From NCBI RefSeq assembly GCF_021869535.1, contig NW_026262690.1, positions 93,248,001 through 93,312,000 of the forward strand: a DNA stretch of 64,000 bases. The letters are read 5' to 3'. The stretch comes from Mytilus californianus (lineage: Eukaryota). The position numbers were made by a program, and so were the translations under genes. Position 1 is the stretch's first letter. Each line of letters starts with the position of its first letter. The notes beneath the pieces are model-generated. The model ran no database searches. It saw nothing but the letters and a program-made list of their open reading frames with translations, and had not been told where the DNA came from. This document shows positions 44,358 through 59,300 of this stretch, in pieces.

Positions 44358-47300
44358 GTAAATAAATCTTTCGGCGTAGACAACAATAGCAATTGGTTTA
44401 TTTATAACCACTGACAACTGTTACAACTTGCAACATCTTAAGCTTTCTTGTGAGTGTTTTATGGACTTCTGTTTTTCTTTTCTTCTTTTTTCTTATTTGC
44501 CATGTAGTCCTGGAAGGCGTCACAGACTCACAGCAAAAACTTTAAATTACAATGTAGCTTTACTACGAGACATAATTTTTTTTTATCTAATTTACCATGT
44601 TGTTGCTGGTCCTTCTTTGAAATTAAGGAATAATAGTTGCCACAGTCAATTGGGGATTTGACAGTTGCAAATGCAGTTTTACTGATGGAGCGGAAACACT
44701 GAGAGGAATATTTGCGAACGTCAAATCCAAAATTGTAGGTTGCACCTTTTAATATACAGTACTGTTATTCCTGTTCTAATGCAATACTCTTAAATGTTCA
44801 TGATGTTCGAAATAAAACATTAAAATATCCCAGAATCATGGACTGCCAATTACAGCCCATACATGCCATAAGGAAGAGCAGGTCAATCAGCCTGAAAACA
44901 AAGATCAGAATATACACCATCAATGTGAAGTCAGTTCTTCTATATGGGGCAGTATGCTGGAACACCTGCTTGAGGAAAATCTGTAAGATCTTCTGGCACA
45001 ATAAAATAACCAACAAAGACCTGTACCACAAAACCAATCAATGTTGTAATGAGACATAATTAAAAGGAAGAAACTGTGTTGGATTGGTCATGTATTTAGG
45101 GAAGGAAATGAGGATATCACCAAGATCGCTTTGCGATGGACACATGATGCTAGATGAAAAAGAGGGAGGCCAAAAGAGACATGGCGTAGAATGGTAGAAA
45201 CTGAGATGATAGACCTTGGGAAGACCTGGAAAGAGATTGAGAATAAGACAAAAGACAGCCCTAATTCCCCTTACCTTAAACTTAAGAACATGTTTGGTTT
45301 AAACAGGTGTTCTGTTTATGTAAGCTTCGTTTTGGACAAGTTTCACTGTATTATTACAAAAAGTTGCCATCTTTTCAAAATCTCCATGGGGGATTTTAAG
45401 CACAAGAGGACCTAATGCTCCTCTTATATTAATTGTCATAAGTGTTCCTAATCTACTTCTATATTGTTTGAATGAGTATAAATGTGCTTAAATACCCTTT
45501 TAACTCATTTGAATGCCTGTTTTGAGGTCCTCAGTTTACACAATAAAGAATTTCAAAATTCAGGTCAACACCTCTCATAGGGGAATCACCCATTCTCATG
45601 GGGGATATCCCCCATCAATTGGGATAGTTGGCAGGCCTGATAGTATCCATATAATGCAAATACTATTATAAGAAACTAAATTTTTAATTGAGCATATGTC
45701 AATTTTTTCACCTATAGCCATTGGAACTTGAAGGTCATAGAAAGACTCTGAGATGCATGTGTTTTGGACATGGATCACAGCCAAAGTATATATGCACAGC
45801 TGCAGATGATTTTGTTATTGTTTGGAATATACATCTTGCCAGACAAGCAGTCAGTAAAGGTACTTATGCATAGTTTGTTATCCTTCTAATCATTGATACA
45901 GCTTCATAAAGAAATGAGTGAATGACAAGGTGAAACCAGACTCACCTTAAGTACAGTCAGGATTCTACTTCGTCAAAATTATCTCCCCATTACGCCACCT
46001 AATTTTTATAATCGTAAAAATGGAAGCCATTGTAGTGATGTAGCACTCAATTTAGCTCTTGAAATCCAATAAATTTAGCATCATTACAACAGTTGTATTT
46101 TTAAAGACAAAGGTATCTACTAGCTATTTAGCATCATTTAATGTACTTTTTTGCATTTGGTCAACTTAAAACAATTGTCTGATCGGTAGTCAGGGGGAAT
46201 TTTCGAAAGTTCAAAAATATTTAATAAAATTCTAATTAAATATTTCGTGGAAGGACAGACTAAAAATTTTCAGAGGTTGAAGACTAATTACCCTAGATAA
46301 CAAGTTATGCATTTTAAAGATCCACTTGAACAGTCTGTCGTCAAGTACTTTTAGTGAAAATTTGTTATTCGAACACACCTACTCTGTTGTTATGACTCAT
46401 TAGAAAGGTTTTTCACTTGACCCATACATTTAATTTTTTAGCACTGTAAATTTTCAATGTTATCAACCTAGAGCCTAAATATATAAAAATAATAGAATCT
46501 GAAGTGAGATGATGTATCAAATATTTTTCTTTTATACGTTTTCAAGACAGAATAGTCAACTCAAACACGCCTAAACATTAAAAGATTTTTTCTTTTTGAT
46601 GAAATTATTGGCCATTTTGGGGATTTTTTCCCAAAAAACTGTCGCCGGGGGCAGAGATGCAAATTAATGCTTTAAAAAGATCAATTTATTATCTTTCTTT
46701 GGATTTTTTTTGGCGGAATTTATGCTTATGTACAAAAAAGATCCACATGTAGTTGCACCTACCACAATCGACTGTTTTGTGAAAATTTGTCTATAATTCA
46801 AAAGTTTACAAATATTTTGAAGCATCATACCATAATTTAAGTAAAATTACATACAAAAGATGCATAAAATCCTAAATTATGTACATTCATTAAACTTTTA
46901 AAGCCCATAGAAACAGATATAAAAATTTCAAATTTACCAACTTGGCCTTTTTTACCTTCTCTAACAAAGAGTTCCATTTCTTTTGTTTAATTTCAACTGG
47001 GTTTCCGCCTGAAGTAAAGATTCTTTGAAAAAAGAGAAGATGGAGTGTACCTTTCAGTTTTGTACCTTACTCTTTTTTTTTTATGAATTACCAGAATGAG
47101 GCTAGAACCTTCTTATCTAACAATCTGATTGTTTTTCTTCATGAAAATCATGTAAAAACTGATGAAGTTTAGGTTGAAACCCTGCCTATTCCAAGTTAAA
47201 TTTCTGGATCTGTGCCTGTGTAAAGAAATTTGTTTTTATAAAGATTTAGTGTGAAGAGAACCTTTTCATTGATTGATTGTTTTTATTTAAAGGCCTGGCA

Positions 47301-50300
47301 TAAAACATCATAGCTTATAGAAAATATTAGGTCAATATTACTTAGAAAAAAAAAAGTAGTAAGAGTACTGCATAAAAATGCTCTTGTGAAAAAGAATAGA
47401 ATTCAAATTATCTAGCAGAAGAAAAGCGTTTGACAAGTTTGTAAAATTTCTTGCATATTGAGTTTTTTAAGGTTAATTTCTACCATGAGAAATTTAATGA
47501 TTTAATGGTTTACAAATGAGAAAGCCATGCATTTTCTATTTTACAGGTAATCAAGTGAAAGGTAAAGTAATAGGAACAACACTAGGATGTATACAGTATT
47601 GTTCATTCAGTCCAGACGACAGACTAGTGGCTGCTTGTTGTGAGAATGATGTTATCATTCTTGAAGTCAAGGTTTACATTTTTCTTCATAATGGATGCTT
47701 TATGTATATTTGCTTTTTAGACCACACAATACAATTAACAAAAATGCATCAAGCATTGTTTAGAAGGCAACATACAGACTTTAAACAATGGACAGATGTC
47801 TATAAAATAAGGCCTGTGTTAACCCTGTATTCATGCTTACAGCTCATACAATTAGGGTCAAGCTAGGCATTTTTTTTTTCCTAAAAAAATTTACAATAAG
47901 ATCAACAGGTGAAAAAGTCTTACTTTAATAGGGCTTTTTCAAACATGATAAAAATGAAATCTAGTGTGGGCACTAAAAAATAGACACTCAATCTAATTAG
48001 CAGAATTTCATGTAATGTTTAGTCCTAAGTCAAGTTCTGAATTGCCCCTGTTCTGAAAAAAAGATAAAAGAATAAATTAAATTTAACAGAAACAATCAAA
48101 AGATTTTCTGTCAACATCGAAAGTCCATGTTTTTTTTGAAATATGACAAAAGACAACCACTGATGAGATTCCTAACATGGGACAAGCTTTTTATGTCTGT
48201 TTTATAATTCTTAAGTAAATTTTGTTCTCACCTCAACAAAGTTATAGAGGTGAGACTAATGAATGCTGTTTTCAGTGTTGGTTGTGTAAAGTTTGTGATT
48301 AGGTCAGTTTAAGAGGAACTATTGATGGTAAAGTGTTGCCATTTTAATTTTGACATTTGCATTATACTATCAAAATAAGATACAGGCGAAAAATATCTCT
48401 GTGTCAACAAATTCATGTACTTACAATCTGGTCTTGAGAATGATCACATGATAAATTACTAAAAATTTGAAAATCCAGTATAATATGGAAGACATGTAGA
48501 ATTTCTGATGATATTGTGAATTTTAAAGAAGCAGGACTTACAAAAATATATATATATATATATCATTGTAGAATGAAAAAGTACTTGCTACAGTGGAAGG
48601 TCACACCGCACGATTGACAGGTGCAGAATTTTGTCCACACTATACATCAACTCTGGTTACAATATCTGAAGACAGAACGTTTAAGGTAAGATCGGTTACA
48701 GTAATTCATTATTTTGTAGTTAAATAGAAAGTAAAATATATTTAGCAATAACCAGGAAATAAGGTGGAACAAATAAAATAACCTAAAAAACTGTAATGTT
48801 CCTGAAATCACCATTTCAGAATCTAAAGGACTGTGGGTAATTTCATTGTTTGTATCCCAAATGAAAATAACGTTACATCACTGGTAGAATTTCAATTGCT
48901 TAGGATTGGTTTATCAATCACAACATTTTGGTTAACGTTTATTAAATATTACCAAGAATGTGTTAGATTCTTAAATGGGGAATTGGTACAAGTGCATTTC
49001 ACAGAAAAGTTTAAATCAGGATTTTTGCTATGTAAATATGACAGTATACACGTATGTTTGGTTTTTTTTTAATTTATGAAGTTAAAAATATTTATCTTTT
49101 AATTTTGATACTATTATTTTAGGTATGGGATATAAGTGATTTCAGTTTAGTGTACCAATCCCAGATCATCACAGCCTCACCATTTATAAGTCTGTCAATG
49201 CACCTTGAAAAACCTCAGGTGGCTATTGGAACGGCTGATGGTCAGGTAAGTTTGACTTTTATATTGAGAAATATGTGTGTTTTTTTCCTGTAAAAATTAT
49301 TACAGTCAACTGTGCAATCAGAGTTATAAAACTCTGTGCATCAGACAATATTCAGCATTTTTTTTTTACCTTATATGATATATGTACACATTTCTTTGTA
49401 ACATAATGATAACCTTCCTAGCTTTTAGCTTGTATAAGTTTTACTTTTGTATGATCAGAGTTATTAAAGTTTGTTCAGAAACTGGTGAAATTCTATCCAT
49501 TTAGATGTGATGCAGAGAATTATTTTTAACAAAAGAATTTCCATTTCCAAAATTGATGCAGGTAATTACAAGGAAAGAAAATTCAGTTTCATTACACTTC
49601 TATACATGTATTACAAAATAAATAAAACAGGATGGATGTTGTATTTATAGCTTTTATCAGATCAATGTTTACTAAAAGAGAGTCAAAAGTCTATTTATAC
49701 TGATTCTAATTGAAGGTTCGAGTTTATGATTTAACAGATGGGAATGGGTTTAGATGCCTACATCAGCTTGATGTGGAGAAAATTGTTAGAAAACAGAAAG
49801 AGAAGAAATTTATTGAACCACAGCCTAGTCAAGGTAATAAAGTTATTTGATTGGTTGGTGTTTCGGGAAACTGAGTTATTTGATTGGTTAATGTTTCTGA
49901 AAACTGAGTTATTTGATTGGTTAATGTTTCTGCAAACTGAGTTATTTGATTGGTTAATGTTTCTGAAAACTGTCATATTTAAGAACTGTGGATTCATTTA
50001 TTTTTGTGGATACCAGCTGTTTTCATGGATTAAGGAAATTTTTTATTTTTGTGGATATTTGAATTTGCATGGTTTTACATATCTGCATCCCCCCCTTTTG
50101 AAAATTTGTACTTCTTTGAACATCTAAATTGGTGTTTCCCCATTAACCACAAAATCCACAAAAATTGTTATCCCACTAATAATAATAAATCCACTGTAAA
50201 TTATTCTCCAATTATGCACATACATTTTTAAGTGACATACTGTTTAATTTGTAGGACCAGTAAAAATAAGCAGCAGACCATCATGGAAAAGACCTGACCA

Positions 50301-53300
50301 ATCAGAAGAAGCTGAAATAGTCAGTGCAGAAGATGAAATAGAAACTGGAAGTGCAATATTAGGACTACATTTTACGTATGGATCTCAGAACAAATCGTCA
50401 AATTCGTCATCGACTCCTTCATTTCTTCGTCATGAAAACACATTACTGAAGTAAGTTCTTTGAGAATAAAATCTGTAATTATTGGTAATTTTTAATTATT
50501 GAAAGAAACTAAATTAATGGTTTTGATTTTGGAATTTTTTCAAGAAATGTTCATAAAAGGGAAGGAGAGGTACCAAAAAGCAGTAAGGTTTAATTTGTAA
50601 AATTTTTGGTGATTGTTTTTGAGAAATCAACGACCATTATAGTTCAAGAAGTAATTATAAAAATGTTTAACCCCTTTATAAATTCTTCTTTTTTATTTTA
50701 CCCCATTCCAAAGGATGTCCGGGGGAGGGGGATATACTTTGGAGTTTACCATTGTCAGTCCATAACACAAGTCATATTTTTCTCAGCAACTACAAGTCAT
50801 ATATGAAAACCATGCTTTCTTTGATATTGCCATATACCATGTGACTGATGTTCTACTTCCTTTTGCCAAAAACTTATAAGCATTAGCTCACAGTACATCT
50901 GAGTGTTCATGTTGTTAATCTTTATAATGATGAAAAAAATAGTTGTATCAATATATTTGCTGGGTTTTTTTTTAGTGATTTATTGGATGCCTCTCCTATG
51001 TTATGTATTGGTACAACTGGTTCCCTGTTACAAATTAATGCCAAAACTTTAGATGTTTATAGATACTTTGACCTTCAAGGTAAGTATCAGTAATTATGAG
51101 CTTTCTAGAAAAACTCATTTTACCTTAACCTTATATGTCCAGAAGACATAAAACATTGATTGAAAAACTAAGTAAAATTAGGACATTTGTTATTAAAAAG
51201 AGTAGAATTTGTTATGCTAACATTTTCACTGTTTTCTGCCATATCCACGAAAGCAATTAAAGATCCTAATACTATAAAAGAGTGAAAATAGACATCTTTA
51301 AGATGTTGTTACTATAAACACAAACATAAAAAGAAATTAGTTGATGCAAAATTTCTTACATTTCTAATATATTTGTCCCAAGTTTGTACATTTAAAAAAA
51401 ATACCAGTCTTGCTGATGTTTAAAAGTTTTATTCTATTTATAGATACTATTTTGACTGACATCCTTGATATGGATACAGTAGTTTTAAATGCAGCTGGCT
51501 CTGTATATTTCAGCCAAGGATCCTCACCAGATCAGGTAAGAATGAATAAATATTGAAGCTTTTGATTATATCAGTTAAAATGTCTTAAGAGAACATATAC
51601 GAATGGACAAATACAAAAATTCAACTCCTGTTATCGAAAAGTTTGGGCAAACATTATCAGTGTCCTTGCATTGGACAATTGTCCATTGAGAAATTCAAAG
51701 AACATGGCCATTCAAAAAATCCAAACAGTTATTCTAATTATGCCCCAGACATAAGTCTATTGTACCTGTGGTACTTCTTGAATTCTTTCCTCATCCAGTG
51801 GTTGTAGCTTTCCTAATACACCTTTGATTTTTCATAAATTTTCAGAATCATAAAAAATCTAATTTGTGCTGTTTGTACAGTAAACTGACTGCAGAATAGA
51901 CAAATTTTCATGAAGTAGTAAAAATGTATGAAGAAGAAAAAACTATCATGTACTGGAATTTTTTTATTCAACGTTAACAATTTTTTTTTAATTTTCAGAT
52001 TTGGTGCCTTGTGGGAAGTCACTTTCAAAACACAGTAAATGTTCTCCAATGGAAGCATGCAGTCATTCATAATAATGAATCTGATCTGGCATCTGCTATG
52101 TCTGCTGTGTCTGTAGAACCTCAGTCTAGTACAGAAGAAGGCAAAGATGACGCCCTTCAGGAAGGGCATAGTTTTGAAGGGATTACAGTGTTATCAAAGT
52201 AGGTTTTTGGACTTGAAATTATTGTTGATATTCTATTCTGGAATCAGACGTCCTTGTTTGCCTAACATACACGCATTTTAAAATGTAACGTTTTACCCTG
52301 CCAACGTAAAACCTGAAAAAGCAGTTATAAAAAATTTAAAATAACATAAAGACTGTAAACAATAGTTTACTGACTTAACATAATAATGATAGAAGGATTT
52401 GGAACTGAGAAAATGTTCTGCCAATAGACCTTATCGCTATTTCGAAATCTGCGCCGCTCAACCAGAGAATCTGCGCCCCTTGAAATATTGATGCATACAA
52501 CAATCACTTTTCCATTGTGGCGTCAGATATTTTCTATTATGACGGCAAAATTTTACGGGAACCTTTGTGATGTCCAGTAATGGCGGACAAATAGTGATAA
52601 GGTGTATCATCCCATTTTTCTAGATTCTAAGCCTTATTCCTATGTTGTTATTATTATTGTTTACTAATATTATTTTTTTTCATAAATATTCTCTCACTTC
52701 AAGGTTTAATCAAGATTTTTCTATATTAAGGTAAATGGTGCTACACAGAACAGTTAACTAAAGCATTTTGGGAAATACAAGTTTTAAAAGCAGATGCCAA
52801 AACTTGGAAATTGGTTGATTATGTCTGTAACACATAGTTTTCAATAATTTGGCATTATTTTTATTTTGATGTATGGACAATGAAATTACCCATAATGTTC
52901 TTATATACTGAACTGCCAAATTAGAATGCCAATTATGTACTAATTTTCATACTTTCTGTTCTTAGTACTCCACTACTTCCAAATTCAGCTCTTAGATCTG
53001 AAATGGTAAAAAAGGTGAAGGAAGATCCTAAAGCTAAAAAACAAAAAGGTATTTCAACCAAATATTACAGTGACAGATCTAGGTTTATATTAAAAAAGGA
53101 GATGATATCTTATAGATTTTATCTTTACAATTGCAAAAATATGTTTTTCAGTTTCAAAAATGGTATGTTTTAATACATAAAATAAATCAAAATGATAAAA
53201 ATAAAGATTTAGGATCTTTTACTTTTTTTTTTTTGATAAACATTGACTTTTTGGAGTAAAAAGGATGTATTAGGACTTTAATTTTTGGTTTCTTGGGACA

Positions 53301-56300
53301 ACACTGGGAATATCTTACAAAACAATTAACTTATATTTATCAACAAAATTATAAAAAAAATTATCAAATTACATGTATTTGATTATAGATATTCAAATAT
53401 TCTAGTTTTGACTCTCAGCAGAGGTATGATTGGGGTATGTTGATATTATAATTTAACATCTTACAGGAGCAACACCACAGAAGAAGCCTGGTCAGATGAT
53501 GAAAGATCAGCCAATTACATTTCATCACAAAGTGAAATCCTCAGGTTATACAGAGACACCAAGGTGATTAATTTGTTTCCAGTTGAATAAAAAAAAATCT
53601 AGAAGATTATTGTTACAAAGACAAAACAGAAGTTCACATTTTTAAGATAAAATAATTCTCTTCAGCTGAAAAAATATTTTAGAAATATTTGTGATCTGGT
53701 TCTTGTCATGCAAACATAGGGAGTGATTATGGTTCACATAATGATATATGGCAAAAAATTGCCATTTTGCTTATAGTTTTTGGTAAAATTAAATGTAAAC
53801 AACAGCTTTACCCAAAAAGATATATGAACGAAAGCTTTTATAGGCCAGCAATTCCAAGGTTAAATTTTAAGTTTTTTATTTTATTGGTATGTGCCATGAA
53901 AACCATGAAAACCTGTTTCATGACATCACAAGTATTCATTCTGTCACAGGAAAAACTATTTTTTAAGTTGATATTGGCATGATTTTCTGTGTATTTTATT
54001 GGAAGGTTAAGTTATGAATGTTATTTAAAGGAAGTCAACTATTTATATGCAATGTACTGCACATTTCACTCAGAAATCTAACATAAAGTTCTTCAGATTT
54101 TATTTCATTTGTGAGTGGGACAGCTGAGTTTAACTCCTCCAAAATAAGCTTTAATGATATGATAATAAATGTAATATAATATAACCAAAAAGGCATCTTG
54201 TTCGTGCTCGCACAATGTTTTTCATTAACATTTTATTTTTATTACAGACAGACCCCCATGTTCAAACCTCAGACAAATTTTTCAAAGTCATCATCCAGCA
54301 ACAGTTTGTTGTCACACAGTTCTTCATCATCAAGTTTAGGGTACAGTAAATTTCATTTGTAAATAAAAATACAAGTTACAGTGTTCGTTGAAATATATTT
54401 TTCTCAAAACTTTTCACTGACATTTTGTTGACAAATGAGGATGTGTAAAAATCATGATGAAAGGTTGTGGACTTTCCACAAAAGGAGAAGAAAAAAAGTG
54501 TATGTATAGCATATATATACACTTTAGAACATCCTATTATGATTTTAATACCCCTGTAAACAAAGCTTTGGAGGGTATATAAGAATCATCCTGTTTGTCT
54601 ATTTCCATGTGCCTCGTGAGCACAACTTAACAACTAGACAGATTTTGATGAAACTTTACAGAAGGCTACTTGATGATTTGCACTTAAGAATATAATCCCG
54701 GTCAACCATGTTAAAGGGGATATAATCAAGTTTACTAACTTTAATATACTAATAGTATAGCAGGATATGTGGTATCCTATTGTGAGTTCACTCATAGTTT
54801 TTTTTTATGGTTTGTATATGATGAAAACTTTTAATGTGTACTGATAAAACCAATAACATTGACTAAGGTCTTCTTTGTAGACAGGTTCTGTCTCTTGTCA
54901 TATCAGAGTAACTCTGTTCCCTGAATTCTGAAGAAACTATTTTTTGAAAGAATTGTAACAAAATTCTATAATACATTGCATATATTTTCTTAGGAAAAAA
55001 CTAAAACATACTACACAGTTTGGAATGGTAAATTGCTATTCACTGTACAGTCAAATTCATTCTTAAAATTGCAAATATATTTATAATCTTTAGACCATGT
55101 TTTAATTTTTTTAAGAAAGTCAATGGACAAAACTTATCCGATGAAATGTGCTCCTCCTACAGAATGTCACTGTAAAATAGATGTTGCAGAAAGACCTACA
55201 CCCATCAACAGAATTAAATTTTCAGGTGAGGATAGACATTTGATATTTAATTCATGTATTAATCACTCTTATCATGGCACTGAAACAAAAAATTCTCACA
55301 ATGGGAAAAGGTCAGAATTAATTAGAATTGAATTTTCAGATAAGGACAAAAGATGTGGGATATCTATACCGGTATATGAATTATGATTTCAAAAATAAAA
55401 TGTTTAATACATGTTTATAATCAATGTTATAGTAGTGAAACAAAAGTTTGCCAAAACTAAAAAAAGATCTTTTTTGGTTGAAATGCCATGGAAACAAAAC
55501 ATCTTTAAAGTTTTTTTTTTTTTCAATGTCTTTCGATTTGGTAACAAAAGAATATATATAAGGTTGGTGTTTCCTCTCTCACTTGTTAAATTCTAATATT
55601 ATTTGATAATTTTCAGATGATGGCCAGTACCTTGCCACAGCCTTATCAAATAAATCAGGTCATGTGTTCAAACTACCTCTGGGTAATAAAGGTTTTAGTT
55701 GTACAGGTAATTATAGATGAACTTAGTTATACTATATAAGATAACTGATAAAACATATCATCACATTAGAAAATATGAGTTATTACTGAAGCAGTAGAGC
55801 CCATACATTATCTCAAATAAATCAACCATGAACCATAAAAATTTGTGAATAGCTTCTGGGGTCTTAAGTTGTAGCAATGTGTTCGAAACTATTGAATAAA
55901 CTGATTCAAGTTCTTTTATTTCGGAAAATAGTAATCCAATATTGAACTATCAAGAAGTGTTTGGAAAGACGAAATATACTCCCTTTACATGTAATAATCA
56001 AATTATGTCCGAGATCACAAATTTATGATGAGGTTTAAAGAGTTAACTACAGTTCTAGTGAAGAATATCGTAATCACACTTTGGAAATAAAAGTCGTGTA
56101 CAAAATTCCTTTTGTCTCCAAGGCAGGAGTATAAAAATAAAGTTATATAAATCCTATTTCCAGTCCAGAGAATCTTCCACAATGGTCTCAAGTTTAACAG
56201 CAGAAAATAATGTTAATAAGTAAAACTGTAAAATGAGATTGAAAACTTATTTCTATAGAGTATACGTCCTTTGTATTCAACATCCAAATCAAAAGTGAGA

Positions 56301-59300
56301 AGCCGACAGCCTGCAGTTGTAATCTGAGAACCTAATCCCTGATTATCAGGCAGACAAAATTAGGCATGACCTTTGACCTTATGGAATAAACTGCCCCATC
56401 TCATGGAAGAAACCATTCCGCCTGTATAAACAACACTTATACTCTGCATAAGTTACAAAGAATTGTGGGTTTCTATCCCTTATTTGTTCTAGCCAAGAAC
56501 TTTGAAATTATTATTTGCTGTTCCTTCACTAAGAACTTGTGAAATTTACTATTTATACCCACTGCTTTCTGAAGTAGGCCAAATATAGAGATGAGGGGGT
56601 TCATCCTTCCTTTCAACTTTTGTATCTAAACTATTTTGGTATTATCCTTAGCAAATCATGGACTTTGTTATGCTTTATGTTGTGCCAGGGAGTATAATTT
56701 TGTGAACTTTGCTTGCAGTGCTTCAGTTAGCTTTGTAATCACTGATGTCTTTAAACTCACTTTGTCTCCCAATAATTGTTGACAGGTTTTGTCTGATGAT
56801 CCTTTAAACATGTGTTTCAGAAATATTGATATTTGTTTTTAATTTTTAGTTTTTATTATTTGACAATATTAAACATTAGTAGTATAAATTAAGAATTATA
56901 TTTTAATTTTTCAGGACATAATAACAATGTAAATGGGATTAGTTGGAGTCACGATGGTAACTGGCTGTTAACATCCTCGGATGATAAATCAGCTTTTTTA
57001 TGGAGTAAAGGACAATCAGATCCAAATATGTGTATAAAAACAGTTCTTCATAACATGTCTACAGATAAAGATGGACAGAAAAAGGACAAGGTGAGATTGA
57101 AAAGACAAAGAGGAGATTTTTAGAGAATCTCAATGCATCTTATTCCCCCAACATGAAAAAACCTTGGATAGTGGGCTATAATCTACTCTCTACTCTATGT
57201 CACTTGACGGGTAGTTTTGTGAAAATTTCTTTTCTACTCTGACAGCAAATTGGGGCCAAATATGTCTACAGATAAAGATGGAAAGAAAAAAATTAGATGA
57301 GAATAAAAAGCTAGGGAAATAAGATTCATAGAGTATCAGTGCATCTTCCTCCTGAAAAGTTACAGTGGTCAGGGCTGGTTGGCAAGTGATCCACTGTCTA
57401 CTAAGTGTCATTTGAAAGGTAGTGTGTGTGAACATTTCTGTACTTCTCTAATGGAAAATTGGGGCCAAATATGTCTACAGATATAGATGGACCCAAAAAG
57501 GGACACGATGAAAGTGAAAAGATAAGAAGATAAGTTTCAAGTATCTTAGTGCATTTTATACTGCCAAAATACATAGACCTGTGTTGATGGGCTTGTAAAC
57601 TAGTGTCTCCTATGTGTCATTTGAAAGGTAGTTTTGGAGAAAATTTCTCTTCTACAAAAATTACTCTTACAGTAAATGGGCGCCAAACATGTCTACAGAT
57701 AAAAGTGGATAAAATAATGACAAGGTAAGAGAATAAAGCTAAGGGAGAAAACTTTCATAAAGTTTCAGTGCAATTTATGTCCCCAAATGATACAGGGACC
57801 TTGAATAGTGAGAAAATGGTCATCTGTTTGTCACTAGATCTCAGAAAAAAGGTTTTTTTTTGGTAAAAATTTCTTATATATAACAACAAATGGCCTCCAC
57901 GTAAGGTAATATAAGTTTGTTTTTTATTAAGTGCGTAAGTACAGGGGTTAAAAAATCCACTAGCCCGACACTTGGGACTTGAGCATTTATGCCTCGGGCA
58001 ATCAAAACTTTTAACCCAATATGCCCAACGGACTAGTAACAAAAAATTCTTGGCGTTTCCAAGATAAAAAGTGGAAAATCCCTTCATCACTATTCTATCT
58101 TAGCCAATCAGATTCAATTACGTCATCCGGGATTCCAAAAATTTGAACTGGTTTGTACAGGTCCTGTTGTACATATTTTAAAAATAAAACAAATAACTCT
58201 GGGTGGCCCGGTATCATGTAACAGAGAATATTGCCTTTATTTTCCCGAGCACACCAATAAAAAGTCTGCTTTGTATGTGGGAACAACTAAGTTAGGATAA
58301 GCACCACTGTTTGTTTACAAACAGAATAAAAAGCAGGTCAACAAAAATTATTAAATACAGTTTATACAAACTTGTCTTTGTAGTTGTGTTTGATGTAAAT
58401 TTTGTGCTGTGTTAATTGTTGTCCCCTTAAGTAAACATACGTTTGAAGTTTTTAAAGAAGGTGTCTTATTATCTGTAATTGTCTCTTTGTATGTAATATG
58501 CCTATAATTTTTATGTGTCCATGAACAAAACATTTCAAGTCACCAATGGCAGGCTTACCAATCTTGAGACATATTTTATTTAACTACCCCCTATACATAA
58601 TTTCAGTATGTAAGCCTTCAATTGATAAAATGAAATGTTTAATGTTCACATCAACCAGTATTTTTAGCAAATACATGTATTTCCAGTTTGAATTTCTGTT
58701 TGTATTGGTAATGAAACACATCCTTATATATCCAATGTTTTTTTAGTTCTGATGTAACTCTCTTGATAGCCAAACTCCAATTCAATATCACAATCCACAA
58801 AGTCCCCAATGGTGAGTTAAGTCAAAGTAGAATGTAACAAGCCAAAATTTTATAAACTCACCATCAGTGAAATTGAGCATTGTAGATCTAAACCAACTCA
58901 CAAATAAAGTGTTAAAGGGGGTATCTGTGTGTAAACCAAAAACATAGTCTCGATAAAACATACTGGCTCAAAGCAGACAGAATCTTAGATGAATAATATT
59001 TATTAATATAATAAATTCAGTAACAAAATATTTTGGCCCTTGAGAAACACTCAGTATAATTAAGAATTTAGGAGTTCCTGCCGAGCAAGTCAAATTGCAA
59101 CCTGTAGTGTGAGGAAGAACCTGCCTGCCCGACAATACGCCAGCCGGGAATGTGAAGCGAGGGGTCTCCACCAAGGGGATGAGACTAGGCGTCTCATCTG
59201 CAGCCGGGGTGTGCAAGGTCTGCATGGGGGATAGCCCATGTGGTGCTATTACAAGTAGTAAGTAGCAGGGTCTATCAATCTGGCGCTGGAATAAATTTGA

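Noticed and set aside
49738-50127. 129-aa ORF with (ELFDWLMFLKT) repeats
   Set aside because: Out-of-frame overlap with WDR27 exon 6 plus the 33-bp minisatellite and a MITE.
55800-56820. Possible antisense nested gene in WDR27 intron 15
   Set aside because: Only short open stretches (about 50 codons) broken by stops and no recognisable motif; at most an old retroelement remnant.
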